From NCBI GenBank assembly GCA_965220085.1, contig CBDCOZ010000003.1, forward strand, positions 416,001-480,000: 64,000 bases of DNA, given 5' to 3'. The translations under genes were made by a program, and so were the position numbers. The notes below the pieces were generated by a model that did not search any database, was not told where the DNA came from, and saw nothing but the letters and a program-made list of their open reading frames with translations. This DNA comes from Candidatus Oxydemutatoraceae bacterium (GTDB lineage Bacteria > Pseudomonadota > Gammaproteobacteria > Poriferisulfidales > Oxydemutatoraceae). This document shows positions 31,247 through 41,447 of this stretch, in pieces; position 1 is the stretch's first letter, and each line of letters begins with the position of its first letter.

Positions 31247-31423
31247 GTTTGGCGATTTTAATATTTCCGGCGGCGAAGCGTTCGACCCTCGGCTGATCGG
31301 GCCGACCTCCGGCATCTATTATCGCAGATATGGCGGGAAAAGAGGCGGTTTGCGCTTTATCTGATTTTGAGCAAGGCGCAATCGGTGATGAAAAACTGCT
31401 AAGCTTAGCCTTGGTATCTTTCT

Positions 31424-32533
31424 ATGTGGCTTATGAATCAGGAGACGGAACAGTCGGCGGATGAAGGCAGATGCGTTATTCATATCGATATGGACGCTTT
31501 CTTTGCCGCGATAGAGCAGCGGGATTCCCCGCAACTGGCCGGAAAGCCGGTTATTGTCGGCGGCCAACCCCATGCCCGCGGGGTGGTGGCGACATGCAGC
31601 TACGAGGCGCGTCAATTCGGCATCGCTTCGGCGATGCCCTCGGCGCGCGCCGCGCGCTTGTGTCCCGATGCGATTTTTATCAAACCTCGTTTCAGCGTCT
31701 ATCGCAGCGTGTCCCGGCAATTGCGCGAAGTATTTTTCCGCTTCACCGATTTGGCTGAGATGGTATCGCTTGATGAAGCATATCTGGACGTCAGCGAAGC
31801 CGCGCATGATATTGCGGCGGCTTGCGATGTGGCGCGGGCTATCAAAAGAACGATAAAAGACACGACCCGACTGACCGCGTCGGCGGGCGTTGCCAATAAT
31901 AAATTCCTTGCCAAAATCGCTTCCGACAAGGACAAACCCGACGGCCTGTTTGCGATATTTCCCGAGCGGGTCGGCGAGTTTATCGACGCCTTGCCGGTGC
32001 GTCTTTTTCACGGAGTCGGCAAGGTGACGGCGGCAAAGATGGAAGCGCTGAATATCAAGACGGGGGCGGACCTCAAACAGCATTCGATCGATGAACTAAT
32101 CGGTTTGTTCGGCAAAGCGGGGATTTATTACTATCACGCGGCGCGCGGCAAAGACGACAGGCGGATCATCGTTGATCGTCCGCGCAAATCCATCGGTTCG
32201 GAAAAAACATTTGAAAGCGACTTGCGGGACAAGGAACAGGCGGTTATGGAAATTAATCTGCAGGCGCGCAATGTGGCGCGGATGCTGGCGGAGCGGAGGA
32301 TGAGCGCGCGCACTGTTACCCTCAAGGTGAAATATTCCGACTTCAGTCAGATTACCCGCAGCCACACTTTTGCCCGCCCGATGAGCGGTTTCAAAGAGAT
32401 GCTGAGGTCCGTCTCCGCATTGATTGAGAAGACCGAGGTCGGGTCGCGCGCGGTTCGCTTGTTGGGCGTTTCGGTCTCAAATCTTTGCCGCAGCGACAGC
32501 GCCCGCCAAAGCGCTTTTGAATTTCCCGGCTAA
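31424..32533 (+). CDS. dinB: DNA polymerase IV
   Basis: HIDMDAFFA, CSYEAR, SLDEAYLD, NKFLAKIASD..KPDG. Confidence 0.97.
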   Translation: MWLMNQETEQSADEGRCVIHIDMDAFFAAIEQRDSPQLAGKPVIVGGQPHARGVVATCSYEARQFGIASAMPSARAARLCPDAIFIKPRFSVYRSVSRQLREVFFRFTDLAEMVSLDEAYLDVSEAAHDIAAACDVARAIKRTIKDTTRLTASAGVANNKFLAKIASDKDKPDGLFAIFPERVGEFIDALPVRLFHGVGKVTAAKMEALNIKTGADLKQHSIDELIGLFGKAGIYYYHAARGKDDRRIIVDRPRKSIGSEKTFESDLRDKEQAVMEINLQARNVARMLAERRMSARTVTLKVKYSDFSQITRSHTFARPMSGFKEMLRSVSALIEKTEVGSRAVRLLGVSVSNLCRSDSARQSAFEFPG

Positions 32534-32560
32534 CGGCTCTCGGACAATTCGGCGCGCCGG

Positions 32561-33739
32561 CTAGAACTCTAATTGCAAAATCTCGTTGGTTTGGTCTATG
32601 CGAAACTCAAAGTAGGATAAGACATCCATCCCCAAGATTCCGTCAAACGCGTGTTGCCCCGGCAACTCTGTGATGCCGACAGTCATGCCCTCAAATTCAA
32701 TGCCGCCAATCTCCAGTGTGTCCAGCGTGATGGTCTCAATCGTCTTCACATCGCTGGCGGTATGGATGGTCATCTCGCCCCTCTCCGGTTCGCCGTTCTC
32801 GTCCAGCCCCAACGTTTCTATAAAGCTGCTATTGAGAATAGAAATGGTCGCCCCGGTGTCTATCAAAAGCGTGGCGTCTCCGACATGATTGATTCCCGTC
32901 TCAACCAGAAACTGATTGTTGTTATTTGTGATCGGGATAGCAAGCGCGCTGTCTCCCAGTTCGACCAACTGTTCCAGCAAGCGAGTCAGGTTTTGTGCCT
33001 GAGGTCCGATGATGCTATCCCCGAGGGTTTGTCTCAATGTCGCAATGGCATCGAGCAAGGAACCTTGTCGGAATTGCGCTTCGCCGATCTTATAGCGGTA
33101 TTGCATCGCCTCGGACTCATCGGCATTTTCAAGCAGCGCGTAGAACAGCCCCGCTAACTTTTCCCATTGCTTGTTTTGCCGCAGAATTTTTTCATGCTTT
33201 TCCGTTGTCTCTTTGATGAAGGTATCGATGGCATCGGTCAGGGACGCGTCGTCAGAGTATATTTTTGCATCCAAAGCGTATTGCAAAGCCCGCTCATGGC
33301 GCTGGCTCAGCGCTTCTAATTTGGCCAACGCTAAAATGGCGCGCGGGCTATACGCATCTGCTTCAAGAAGTTTGTTGATTAACTCGCGAGCTTTCTGGCG
33401 GCGTCTCTGTCTGGTCAAGCGTTGCGCCTGCTCGATCAGGCGCAGTTCCATTTTCTCCGCTGTGACCGGGTGCGAGTCGATCAGTCCCGAATAGGTTTTG
33501 ATCGCGTTATCAATTTCGCCGTGTAGCAGTTGCTTGCGGAACATTTCCGTGTCCGCGCTCGCAGCGTCGGTGTTTGCCGCCGAACCGGATGCGGACAGCA
33601 TGGATTTTGCGCGCTGTATCGCGCTCAGATCCCCCCCCTGCGCCAGTCTGCTTATGGCGGTATCCGCCTGCCAAGCGTGCGCAAACCAGCCGATTACAAA
33701 ACCGATAAGCAACCAAAAAGTAATATTCAAAATAGGCAT
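32561..33739 (-). CDS. Membrane-anchored TPR-like protein with C-terminal retropepsin-like aspartyl protease
   Basis: N-terminal TM, helical middle, LLIDTGATIS and DGILGMDVL motifs. Confidence 0.85.
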   Translation of the reverse strand: MPILNITFWLLIGFVIGWFAHAWQADTAISRLAQGGDLSAIQRAKSMLSASGSAANTDAASADTEMFRKQLLHGEIDNAIKTYSGLIDSHPVTAEKMELRLIEQAQRLTRQRRRQKARELINKLLEADAYSPRAILALAKLEALSQRHERALQYALDAKIYSDDASLTDAIDTFIKETTEKHEKILRQNKQWEKLAGLFYALLENADESEAMQYRYKIGEAQFRQGSLLDAIATLRQTLGDSIIGPQAQNLTRLLEQLVELGDSALAIPITNNNNQFLVETGINHVGDATLLIDTGATISILNSSFIETLGLDENGEPERGEMTIHTASDVKTIETITLDTLEIGGIEFEGMTVGITELPGQHAFDGILGMDVLSYFEFRIDQTNEILQLEF

Positions 33740-33843
33740 ATATGCAAACTAATTCTATGGATTATTAGCATTTGCTATAATAACAGACATACTTAACCGA
33801 CTGATTCTTTAACCCCTTGGGTGCAAGGAAAGCGGGAAAAATT

Positions 33844-36069
33844 ATGGCAAAAAGGTCAAAGAAAAGACGTAAGATTACCGCAGGCAGAACCGAACAGGTT
33901 GGCCAGCAAGATAAGCGGCAGGCGGAAGAGCGGCAATCCGGCGGGTTTATTCTGAACGAAGAATTATCCCCCGCCCGCGCCACGAGATATATGCCGCCGC
34001 TGGATGTGCCGAAAGCATTTGTATGGTTGCTCGGCATCTTCATAGGTCTTGCCGCCATCATATCTCCCTACGGACAAACCGCTACCGGGTACAACCCCGA
34101 CTTGCATGTCAGCGCTTATTACCAGACCGGTGTGTTGCTCGTCATGTTGATGTATTTCGTGTTTCTGATGCGCAAGAACGACAACTGCGTCATATTGATT
34201 CCTCGTTCGCCGCTGGTATTGCCGGTTGTCATCCTGTTTTTGTGGATGGCGCTTTCCATCTTCTGGGTGCCCAGCCTGTACGAAGGCCTGCTCAAGACAC
34301 TCGATTGGGGCTCGGCGGTACTGGTCTTTTTGTTAATCGTGATGCTGGTTCGCGATGCGAAAAGTTTCCGGATTCTGTTGCTATGTATGTTTCTGAGCGG
34401 GCTTATAATCAGTCTTTTGGGCCTTGCCCAATACCTGTTCTCGGTGAACTGGGTGCATCAGCATCAGGCTCCCGCCGCCACCTTCGGCAACAAAAACATG
34501 GCGGCTCAATATATGGTTTCAACGGTGCCGTTCGGGTTGTGCTTGCTGTTTAATGAGCGCAACAAATGGAAATGCTGGTTTTTTGCAATTGGTTCGGCAT
34601 TTATGCTTTCCTTCCTTTACTACACCCACACTCGCGGCTCGTGGATATCTTTCTTTGGCGAGGTTGCGGTTATCATTTTGGCTCTCGTATTCTTCAGGTT
34701 CATGCACAAGTACAAACTCTGGATTAACTGGAACAAAGTGCTGTCGGTTATTGCGATGCTCGCGGTTTTCGCAGTGATGGTTCAGTTCACACCGACTACT
34801 TTTATCGATAAGGCCACATTGGGCATAGACAGTTACTTAAACCCCAGTGGTCAGGGTGTGAAAACGGGCTCGCTTGCCGAAAGCGTAAAAACCATAACAG
34901 AAGGTTTTTATGGCAGCAGGTCACAGCGATTTGCCATGTGGGAGAATACGCTGGCGATGATAAAAGACAACCTGATACTCGGCACGGGTATCGGCGGCTG
35001 GATGATTTTCTACCCCAAGTACCAAGCGGCGGTGGCCGAGGACATCATGTTGACCGAAGGATTTTTTCACCTCAACGCGCACAACGATTATTTGGAGTTC
35101 GCCAGCGAACTGGGCATGGTCGGCGTAGCGATTATTGTGTGGCTTGTCGTGATGTTGTTAGCGAGCATATGGCGGATTTTGGTAGCCCCCCATCTGGATG
35201 AGAGCGTTCGGGTTGCGGTACTGGCTCCGATTGTATCGTTTGCGGGCATTGCCGCGACAGCGCTGGTCAGCTTTCCGCTACAGCAAGCGACGACCATCAT
35301 GTACATCATGATGTGCTTGGGGTGTATCTCCGTAAGTTATTGGCAGGCGGGCGGGCATATCAAAGGGCCTTACCGCATTCGCCTGCCCAAGCTGGGGTTG
35401 CGGGTCGCTTTTGCCATGGTCTTATTGGTGGGCGCGGCATTTGCCGGCAGCACGCATTACAACTGGTTTGTTGCGGAATCCAATTACCGCAACGCGGTCT
35501 CGTCGATGCGTACCGGGCGCAACAAAGAATTCGGAAGATATGCCAAGCTCGCGGTCGAACAGCACGGGTTACGCAAGTATGTAAGCCTGTATCTCGGCAA
35601 TTACTATATCGGGCGCAAAGAGTACCGCAAAGCAATTCAAAACTTTGAAAGAGTGCTTGAGGATTACCCGTATCGCGTAGAAGTCATGCAAAACCTCGGG
35701 GCGGCTTACTTGCAAACCAATCAGCCGGACAAAGCCAAAAAGATATTTGAGTTGTGGGCCGATATCCAGCCGCATTCCATGCAGGCGCTTGTCTCGCTTG
35801 CCATACTCTACTCCCGTCTCGGCGAGAATGACAAAGCGATCAAGGCGCTGGAAAAAGGCGTCGAAGTATATAACAGGCGCAAAGCAAGATTTGCAAAGTG
35901 GGCGCCGGCAAAATTCGAGGAAGACGCCTGGAAGAAGTTTGACAAAAATTATAAGAGAGGGCGCGCGCTTTATAAGCGACTGAAAGGCGGCGGTACCCCC
36001 CCGCCGGCTGAGACGCTTCCGTCGGAGAAGCGGGATAGCAAACCTCCCGCAGCCGTCAATGCGCCGTAA
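33844..36069 (+). CDS. O-antigen ligase/O-oligosaccharyltransferase (Wzy_C) family protein with C-terminal TPRs
   Basis: Multi-TM, ATFGNKN, TRGSW, GTGIGGW, NAHNDYLE, TPR tail. Confidence 0.85.
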   Translation: MAKRSKKRRKITAGRTEQVGQQDKRQAEERQSGGFILNEELSPARATRYMPPLDVPKAFVWLLGIFIGLAAIISPYGQTATGYNPDLHVSAYYQTGVLLVMLMYFVFLMRKNDNCVILIPRSPLVLPVVILFLWMALSIFWVPSLYEGLLKTLDWGSAVLVFLLIVMLVRDAKSFRILLLCMFLSGLIISLLGLAQYLFSVNWVHQHQAPAATFGNKNMAAQYMVSTVPFGLCLLFNERNKWKCWFFAIGSAFMLSFLYYTHTRGSWISFFGEVAVIILALVFFRFMHKYKLWINWNKVLSVIAMLAVFAVMVQFTPTTFIDKATLGIDSYLNPSGQGVKTGSLAESVKTITEGFYGSRSQRFAMWENTLAMIKDNLILGTGIGGWMIFYPKYQAAVAEDIMLTEGFFHLNAHNDYLEFASELGMVGVAIIVWLVVMLLASIWRILVAPHLDESVRVAVLAPIVSFAGIAATALVSFPLQQATTIMYIMMCLGCISVSYWQAGGHIKGPYRIRLPKLGLRVAFAMVLLVGAAFAGSTHYNWFVAESNYRNAVSSMRTGRNKEFGRYAKLAVEQHGLRKYVSLYLGNYYIGRKEYRKAIQNFERVLEDYPYRVEVMQNLGAAYLQTNQPDKAKKIFELWADIQPHSMQALVSLAILYSRLGENDKAIKALEKGVEVYNRRKARFAKWAPAKFEEDAWKKFDKNYKRGRALYKRLKGGGTPPPAETLPSEKRDSKPPAAVNAP

Positions 36070-36099
36070 GTCAAGACATCCTAAGTCAAAGTGCGTTAA

Positions 36100-36951
36100 G
36101 TGATGTTATCGAGTTCCAGTATGTCCGCAGATTATGCCGTCGGGCTTAACCGGGCCTTTGCCAATCTGGTTGTAATCGTATTATTGCCCGTATGCTTCTA
36201 CCTGCTGTCCGATGTCTTTTGGAAAGTGTATTACCCCGACCCCTTGCAACCGAAATCCGCCGACAAAACCGGCGCCCGCGCTGTTTCGCGTTCGACCCAA
36301 GCGCCCGCTGCTTCATGGGATTGGTTTGTCATAAAGGAACCGGTCAAAGCGAGCAAACCGGCGACTGTGTCCAAACTCAACGCTTCTCTTGCCGGTGTGT
36401 TCGGGGTTGGCGACAAAGGCGTTGCGATGATTAAGGCGGACGGAGGTCAGGTCAAAGCCTATCGCGTGGGCGATGAAATAAAGTCCGGTATTGCGCTAAA
36501 GCGGCTCGGTTTAAACTATGTAATCCTGCTTCGCAACGGCGAGGAAGAAGAGCTCCGCATGAAGGGAGGCAACCTGTTTAATCGCGAGGAAGCGCCGCAA
36601 AGCGCCGGTGATGACAAGGCGGCCGGCGGCGTCAATACCGTAGATTCGGAACTGGCAAAAGTGATAAAAAAGGAGCCGTTTAAGCTGCTTGATCTGGTAA
36701 GGTTCAGGCAGGAGCGCGTTCCGGAGTACGGGCTCGGCTATAAGATAATTCCGCGCGGCGAACGCGGCGAACAAGCGATAAATGCCGCCGGCTTATACAA
36801 AGAGGATATGATTTTTCTGATAAATGGGCGCCCCATTGTACAATTGCCATCCGACCCCGTGGCTATGAAGAAGCTGCTTGAGTCAGAGGAGCTTAAGATT
36901 AGATTGCTCAGAGATGGGAGGGTAATGGATGTTACTATCGCGCTCAACTAG
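36100..36951 (+). CDS. gspC: T2SS protein GspC
   Basis: N-terminal TM, HR domain (LAGVF...AMI...YRVGDEI...VILLRNG), PDZ-like end; precedes gspD. Confidence 0.85.
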   Translation: MMLSSSSMSADYAVGLNRAFANLVVIVLLPVCFYLLSDVFWKVYYPDPLQPKSADKTGARAVSRSTQAPAASWDWFVIKEPVKASKPATVSKLNASLAGVFGVGDKGVAMIKADGGQVKAYRVGDEIKSGIALKRLGLNYVILLRNGEEEELRMKGGNLFNREEAPQSAGDDKAAGGVNTVDSELAKVIKKEPFKLLDLVRFRQERVPEYGLGYKIIPRGERGEQAINAAGLYKEDMIFLINGRPIVQLPSDPVAMKKLLESEELKIRLLRDGRVMDVTIALN

Positions 36952-39034
36952 CCGTTTCGCAATGGCGTTCTGCCTGCTGTTGTTGCTACAGCACACCGCA
37001 CAGGCGGCCTTGCTCAATTTCCGCGATGTGGAGATCCGCCAACTGATCGAGAGCGTCGCCGAGCTTACGGGCAAGAACTTCCTGGTTGACCCCCGCGTCA
37101 AGGGCAAATTCACACTGATTGCGACCACCCAAGTGCCCGACGATCAGGTCTACGATGTGATGCTGTCGGTTTTCAGAATGCACGGTTTGCGCGCGGTGGA
37201 AGGCCCGGGCGGTCTGACCCGCATCGTGCCGGCGAATATCGCCGGACGCTATTCGACATTGGACGAGTCGGAAGGCTTGGTAACCAAAATCATCCCGATC
37301 AAACATCTCAATGCCGGCGGGGTGTTGCCGATGGTCAGACCGCTGATGACAAGCCAGGCGCAAGTGACGATTCATAAAGAGACGAACTCGCTGATTGTGG
37401 TTGAGACCCTGTCCAATATAGAGCGGGTAGAAGAGATTTTGCGCGATTTTGACAAAGAGAGCGTCGGTTCTTATGAGATCGTGGACTTGGATTACATGAC
37501 CGCCAAGGACATGGTGAATGTAATCAACCGCGCCCGCAACAAGCAGATCAAGCACCTCGCTGATGTCGTTGCCGATACCAAATTCGACCGCCTTATTCTG
37601 ACCGGCGAGCCGCGTTTCCGCTTGCCGTTGCGCGCGCTGATAGCGGAGCTCGACGCGCCGCCCAGAGTGCGCAAAGGCAAAGCCGGGTTGGTTCGCATTA
37701 TTCACCTGAACTATGCCAATGCCGAAGAGATGAAGACGGTTCTGAAAGGACTGTTGACAAAACAGTTTCTTGAATTGGCCGACTTCGGCGCCGATACCGC
37801 GGACACAACGCCGGCGCCAAAGAAGAAAGTCGTCAAAGCCCCGAAGAAACCGGCGGACAAAAAAGATGCCAAAGAACCCGCGCCCGCTGCCGCGCCTTCG
37901 CCGATTACGAACAAGAGCTACACCATCCAGTCCGATGTCGCGACCAATTCGCTGATTGTGAGCGGCGCGACCAATATCGTGCAGGCGATTGTGGATGTGG
38001 TGCGAGAGTTGGATACGCCGCGACCGCAGGTGCTGATCGAAGCGATCATTGCCGAGATTACGCTGAACCGGGCGGCGGATTTGCAGACGCGGCTGGTAGG
38101 GCAAAAAACCCCGCGCGGGGCGGAGGAGCCGGTGACATTTTCCGGCGGCGCGGTAACCGGCATCACATCGTTGGAAGGGTTGTTTGCGGCGTTTAATTTT
38201 ATCGGCGGCCCCAGCGCGCAATATTTTGCCGGCGGACGGTTTAACGGCGGCGACTTGACCATCGGTTTGTTGATCAATGCGTTGCGAACGGATGCGACCG
38301 CGAATATCTTGTCAACACCGTCAATTTTGACCCTAAACAATGAGACGGCAAAGCTCGTGGTTGGCAGCGGCCGACCGTTTGTAGAGCGGTCGGAACTGAT
38401 TGCGGGTACCACCGAGTACCGCGATTTCTTTAAGCGGGAAGATCTGACACTGGAATTTGAAGTCACGCCGCAGATTACCAAAGGCGATGCGGTGCGTTTG
38501 AAAGTCAAACAAACCGACAAACGGGCGGATGAAGCGGCGCTTGCGGATAGCGGCGGAGGCGAGGTCAGAAACTTTTTATTGCCGACATTGAATCGTGAGA
38601 TCGAGACCGATGTCATCGTCAACGATCGCGATGTCATTATTCTCGGCGGCATGACCCGGGACGAGCGCGCCGACAGCAAGAGCGAAATACCGCTATTGGC
38701 GGATATTCCCGTTGTCGGTCATCTGTTTCGCGGTCGCGCCGGCAGCGAAAGGAAACTCAATTTGATGGTCTTTGTCCGCCCGACGATTTTCCGCACGCCC
38801 GAAGCCGCCGCCGATACCAGCGGCGACCGCTACGTTGCGTTGCGTTGGGAGCAGTTGCAGCAGTTGCAACGGGTTGACAGTTTGATCGATCAAAGTGATC
38901 ACGGTCCCAGTCTGATGCCGCCTCTGCGCGAGTTGCAAAATGACGGCAAGACCAAACGCAAAGTCAAAAAGCGCAAGAAACGCAAAAAGCGCATGCGGTC
39001 ATCGCGGGATGGCATCAGCCGCGCCGACGGTTAA
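36929..39034 (+). CDS. gspD: T2SS secretin GspD
   Basis: LNFRDVEI, VDPRVKG, QVLIEAIIAE, ILSTPSILTLNNE, PLLADIPVVGHLF. Confidence 0.96.
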   Translation: MLLSRSTSRFAMAFCLLLLLQHTAQAALLNFRDVEIRQLIESVAELTGKNFLVDPRVKGKFTLIATTQVPDDQVYDVMLSVFRMHGLRAVEGPGGLTRIVPANIAGRYSTLDESEGLVTKIIPIKHLNAGGVLPMVRPLMTSQAQVTIHKETNSLIVVETLSNIERVEEILRDFDKESVGSYEIVDLDYMTAKDMVNVINRARNKQIKHLADVVADTKFDRLILTGEPRFRLPLRALIAELDAPPRVRKGKAGLVRIIHLNYANAEEMKTVLKGLLTKQFLELADFGADTADTTPAPKKKVVKAPKKPADKKDAKEPAPAAAPSPITNKSYTIQSDVATNSLIVSGATNIVQAIVDVVRELDTPRPQVLIEAIIAEITLNRAADLQTRLVGQKTPRGAEEPVTFSGGAVTGITSLEGLFAAFNFIGGPSAQYFAGGRFNGGDLTIGLLINALRTDATANILSTPSILTLNNETAKLVVGSGRPFVERSELIAGTTEYRDFFKREDLTLEFEVTPQITKGDAVRLKVKQTDKRADEAALADSGGGEVRNFLLPTLNREIETDVIVNDRDVIILGGMTRDERADSKSEIPLLADIPVVGHLFRGRAGSERKLNLMVFVRPTIFRTPEAAADTSGDRYVALRWEQLQQLQRVDSLIDQSDHGPSLMPPLRELQNDGKTKRKVKKRKKRKKRMRSSRDGISRADG

Positions 39035-39039
39035 GGACG

Positions 39040-40779
39040 ATGTTTGAAAAATACTTTGGTCTCTCGGCCAATCCGTTTACGATTGCGCCGAATCCCAATT
39101 ACCTCTACCTGAGCGATCAACACCGCGAAGCGCTGGCGCATCTCCAGTACGGCCTGCATGAGAACGGCGGTTTTATCTTGCTCACCGGCGAAGTCGGCAC
39201 CGGCAAGACAACGATATGGCGCTGTCTGGTCGAACAACTGTCCGACGAAGTGGAGTTGGCGGTGCTGCTAAACCCGTGCCTGAGCGCGCGCGAGTTGCTG
39301 GAAGCGATATGCGACGAGTTTAAGATCGAATACGACAAAGACGCGGGCTCCAAACGCTTGACCGATGCCCTCAACCGCCACCTGTTGGATCGCCACCGCC
39401 AGGGCAAACGCTGCGTTTTGATAGCGGAAGAAGCGCAGAACCTGAGCGATGAGTTGCTCGAGCAGTTGCGCCTGCTGACCAATCTGGAGACCAATGAACA
39501 CAAGCTGCTGCAGATAGCGCTGATAGGCCAGCCCGAGCTGGCTGACAAGCTTGAGCAACCGCATCTGCGCCAACTCAGGCAACGCATCATTGCCAGATTT
39601 CATCTGCAGCCGCTCGGCGCCGATGAAGTCAAGACATATGTCGAGCACCGTCTTGCGACCGCCGGCAGCGCGGCCAATCTGTTTTCGCGCGACGCGCTAT
39701 TGCGCCTTGCCAAGTTATCGGGCGGAGTCCCGCGCCTAATCAACCTGATTTGCGAGCGCGCCTTGCTCGGTTGTTTCAGCGAAGGGCGGCGCCGGGCAGA
39801 CCTGAAAATTCTGGACACAGCGGCGCGCGAGGTTTTGGGCAAGCGCCGCGCGCCCTGCGCTTGGTTTGGCAAGAAGCGGATGAGCAAGATCGTGCGTTCG
39901 TGGGGAGTGCATGGCGATAGTTTTGTCCGGAGAGCCGCCGCACTTGCGACGATATTAGTGTTGCTGGTCGGGGGCACAATATTTCTGTTTCCAAGCATTG
40001 AACAGGCAGGCGCCAGATGGGCGGCAAGTGATGAACAGCCGCAAGTGGCTGTGAGCGACACCGCCGATGTTGCCGATAAGGAAGTTGCGAGCCGCGGCAG
40101 CGCCGAAGACTCGGATGCCAAATCGCCGCCGCCCGGCGCCGTATTGACCGGCTTGGATAAGTTAGAAGCGGACAGCCTGAAGAGCAACCCCTATGCGGTT
40201 TTGTTCGGCCTTTGGGGGGTGGAATTTGCAAATTCGGCGGAGTTGCCGTGCCAGTTTGGCCTCAGACACCGGCTTGACTGCTGGCATCGGCGCGGCGAGA
40301 TCAGCGGAGTCAAACGGGTCAATCGCCCGGCGATATTGAAGCTGCTCTCTGCGCAAGGCAAGCCTTTTTATGCGACCTTGACTAAGATTGCCGCGGACGG
40401 GGCTTTGCTGATGGATGCCGGAGGCGGCAATATTGAGCTGAGCGAACAGGAGTTGGCAATGGCGTGGACGGGCGAATACACTCTGCTTTGGCGGCGGCCT
40501 TCGGATTATCGCAACACCTTGTATCCCGGGGATAAAAGCGCCGCCGTGCGCTGGATTGCAAACAGTCTTGCAAACGTGAACGGCAAGCGCAAGCCGGTTT
40601 CGCCATCGGGGGTTTATACCGCCGCCTTGCAAAATCAAGTCCGCAGCTTTCAGGGCCGTTGCGGTTTGTTTGTTGACGGCCTCGTCGGCAAAGAGACCCT
40701 GATAAAAATCAACGCGCTCCTCGACCCGATGCCGCAACTGGCGCCGCTGAGCAAGTCCTGCCGCGGGCAACTGGGGTGA
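39040..40779 (+). CDS. exeA: ExeA/GspA ATPase with peptidoglycan-binding domain
   Basis: YFGLSANPF, GEVGTGKTT, EEAQNL, GQPEL, GVPRLIN, C-terminal FQ...GL.VDGLVG. Confidence 0.93.
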   Translation: MFEKYFGLSANPFTIAPNPNYLYLSDQHREALAHLQYGLHENGGFILLTGEVGTGKTTIWRCLVEQLSDEVELAVLLNPCLSARELLEAICDEFKIEYDKDAGSKRLTDALNRHLLDRHRQGKRCVLIAEEAQNLSDELLEQLRLLTNLETNEHKLLQIALIGQPELADKLEQPHLRQLRQRIIARFHLQPLGADEVKTYVEHRLATAGSAANLFSRDALLRLAKLSGGVPRLINLICERALLGCFSEGRRRADLKILDTAAREVLGKRRAPCAWFGKKRMSKIVRSWGVHGDSFVRRAAALATILVLLVGGTIFLFPSIEQAGARWAASDEQPQVAVSDTADVADKEVASRGSAEDSDAKSPPPGAVLTGLDKLEADSLKSNPYAVLFGLWGVEFANSAELPCQFGLRHRLDCWHRRGEISGVKRVNRPAILKLLSAQGKPFYATLTKIAADGALLMDAGGGNIELSEQELAMAWTGEYTLLWRRPSDYRNTLYPGDKSAAVRWIANSLANVNGKRKPVSPSGVYTAALQNQVRSFQGRCGLFVDGLVGKETLIKINALLDPMPQLAPLSKSCRGQLG

Positions 40780-41438
40780 TGTCTTACATTCTGTCGGCGC
40801 TGAAGAAAGTTGAGCGTGACCGTCAAACGGGCACGGCCCCGAGCTTGTTATCGGTGCAAATTGAAGAAGCGCCGGAGCTGGCGGGAAGCCGCTGGCCGCA
40901 AATTTTGATGTTGGCAATCGGCGTCATAGCGCTGCTGGCAGTCGGGATATGGCATTTGCCAAACTGGGTGGTGGGCACCGATTGGAATCAGGTTCTAAGA
41001 AGCGCCGGCATAGAGCGCCCGACGGCAACGCGCCTGTCGCCCGTCCGACCGCCGGCGCCGGCGGCGCCGGAGCCGCCCGCCCCGACATTCGGCGAGGCCA
41101 AGGATAGCAATCCGACAGAGCGGCCCGCCGCGACGGCGCGGGACGCGATGGCGGAGCCCTACCTGTCGCCGCCCCCGTCCGACCGCATACCGGCCTTTAA
41201 TGAGATAGCGCCGGAAGTGCGCGATCAAATTCCGCCTTTTTCGGTGTCCGGGTATTTATATTCGGCGCAACGCCCCCAAGCGAGCAAAGCGATTGTCAAC
41301 GGCGCGGCATTGCGCGCCGGTCAATACGTCAGCGATGATTTGATGATTAAGGAGATAAACGCCGACTACATCGTCATGGATTTTCGCGGCATGCCGTTCC
41401 GGATTGAGCACGGCGAATTTCCCAAAAACCGACCGTAG
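40776..41438 (+). CDS. exeB: ExeB/GspB
   Basis: MSYILSALKKVERDR N-terminus, TM, Pro-rich linker. Confidence 0.88.
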   Translation: MMSYILSALKKVERDRQTGTAPSLLSVQIEEAPELAGSRWPQILMLAIGVIALLAVGIWHLPNWVVGTDWNQVLRSAGIERPTATRLSPVRPPAPAAPEPPAPTFGEAKDSNPTERPAATARDAMAEPYLSPPPSDRIPAFNEIAPEVRDQIPPFSVSGYLYSAQRPQASKAIVNGAALRAGQYVSDDLMIKEINADYIVMDFRGMPFRIEHGEFPKNRP

Positions 41439-41447
41439 AAACCGACC

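Noticed and set aside
36986-38221. 411-aa minus-strand ORF and similar long antisense ORFs in core genes
   Set aside because: Fully antisense to well-supported genes (here gspD); expected in GC-rich DNA.
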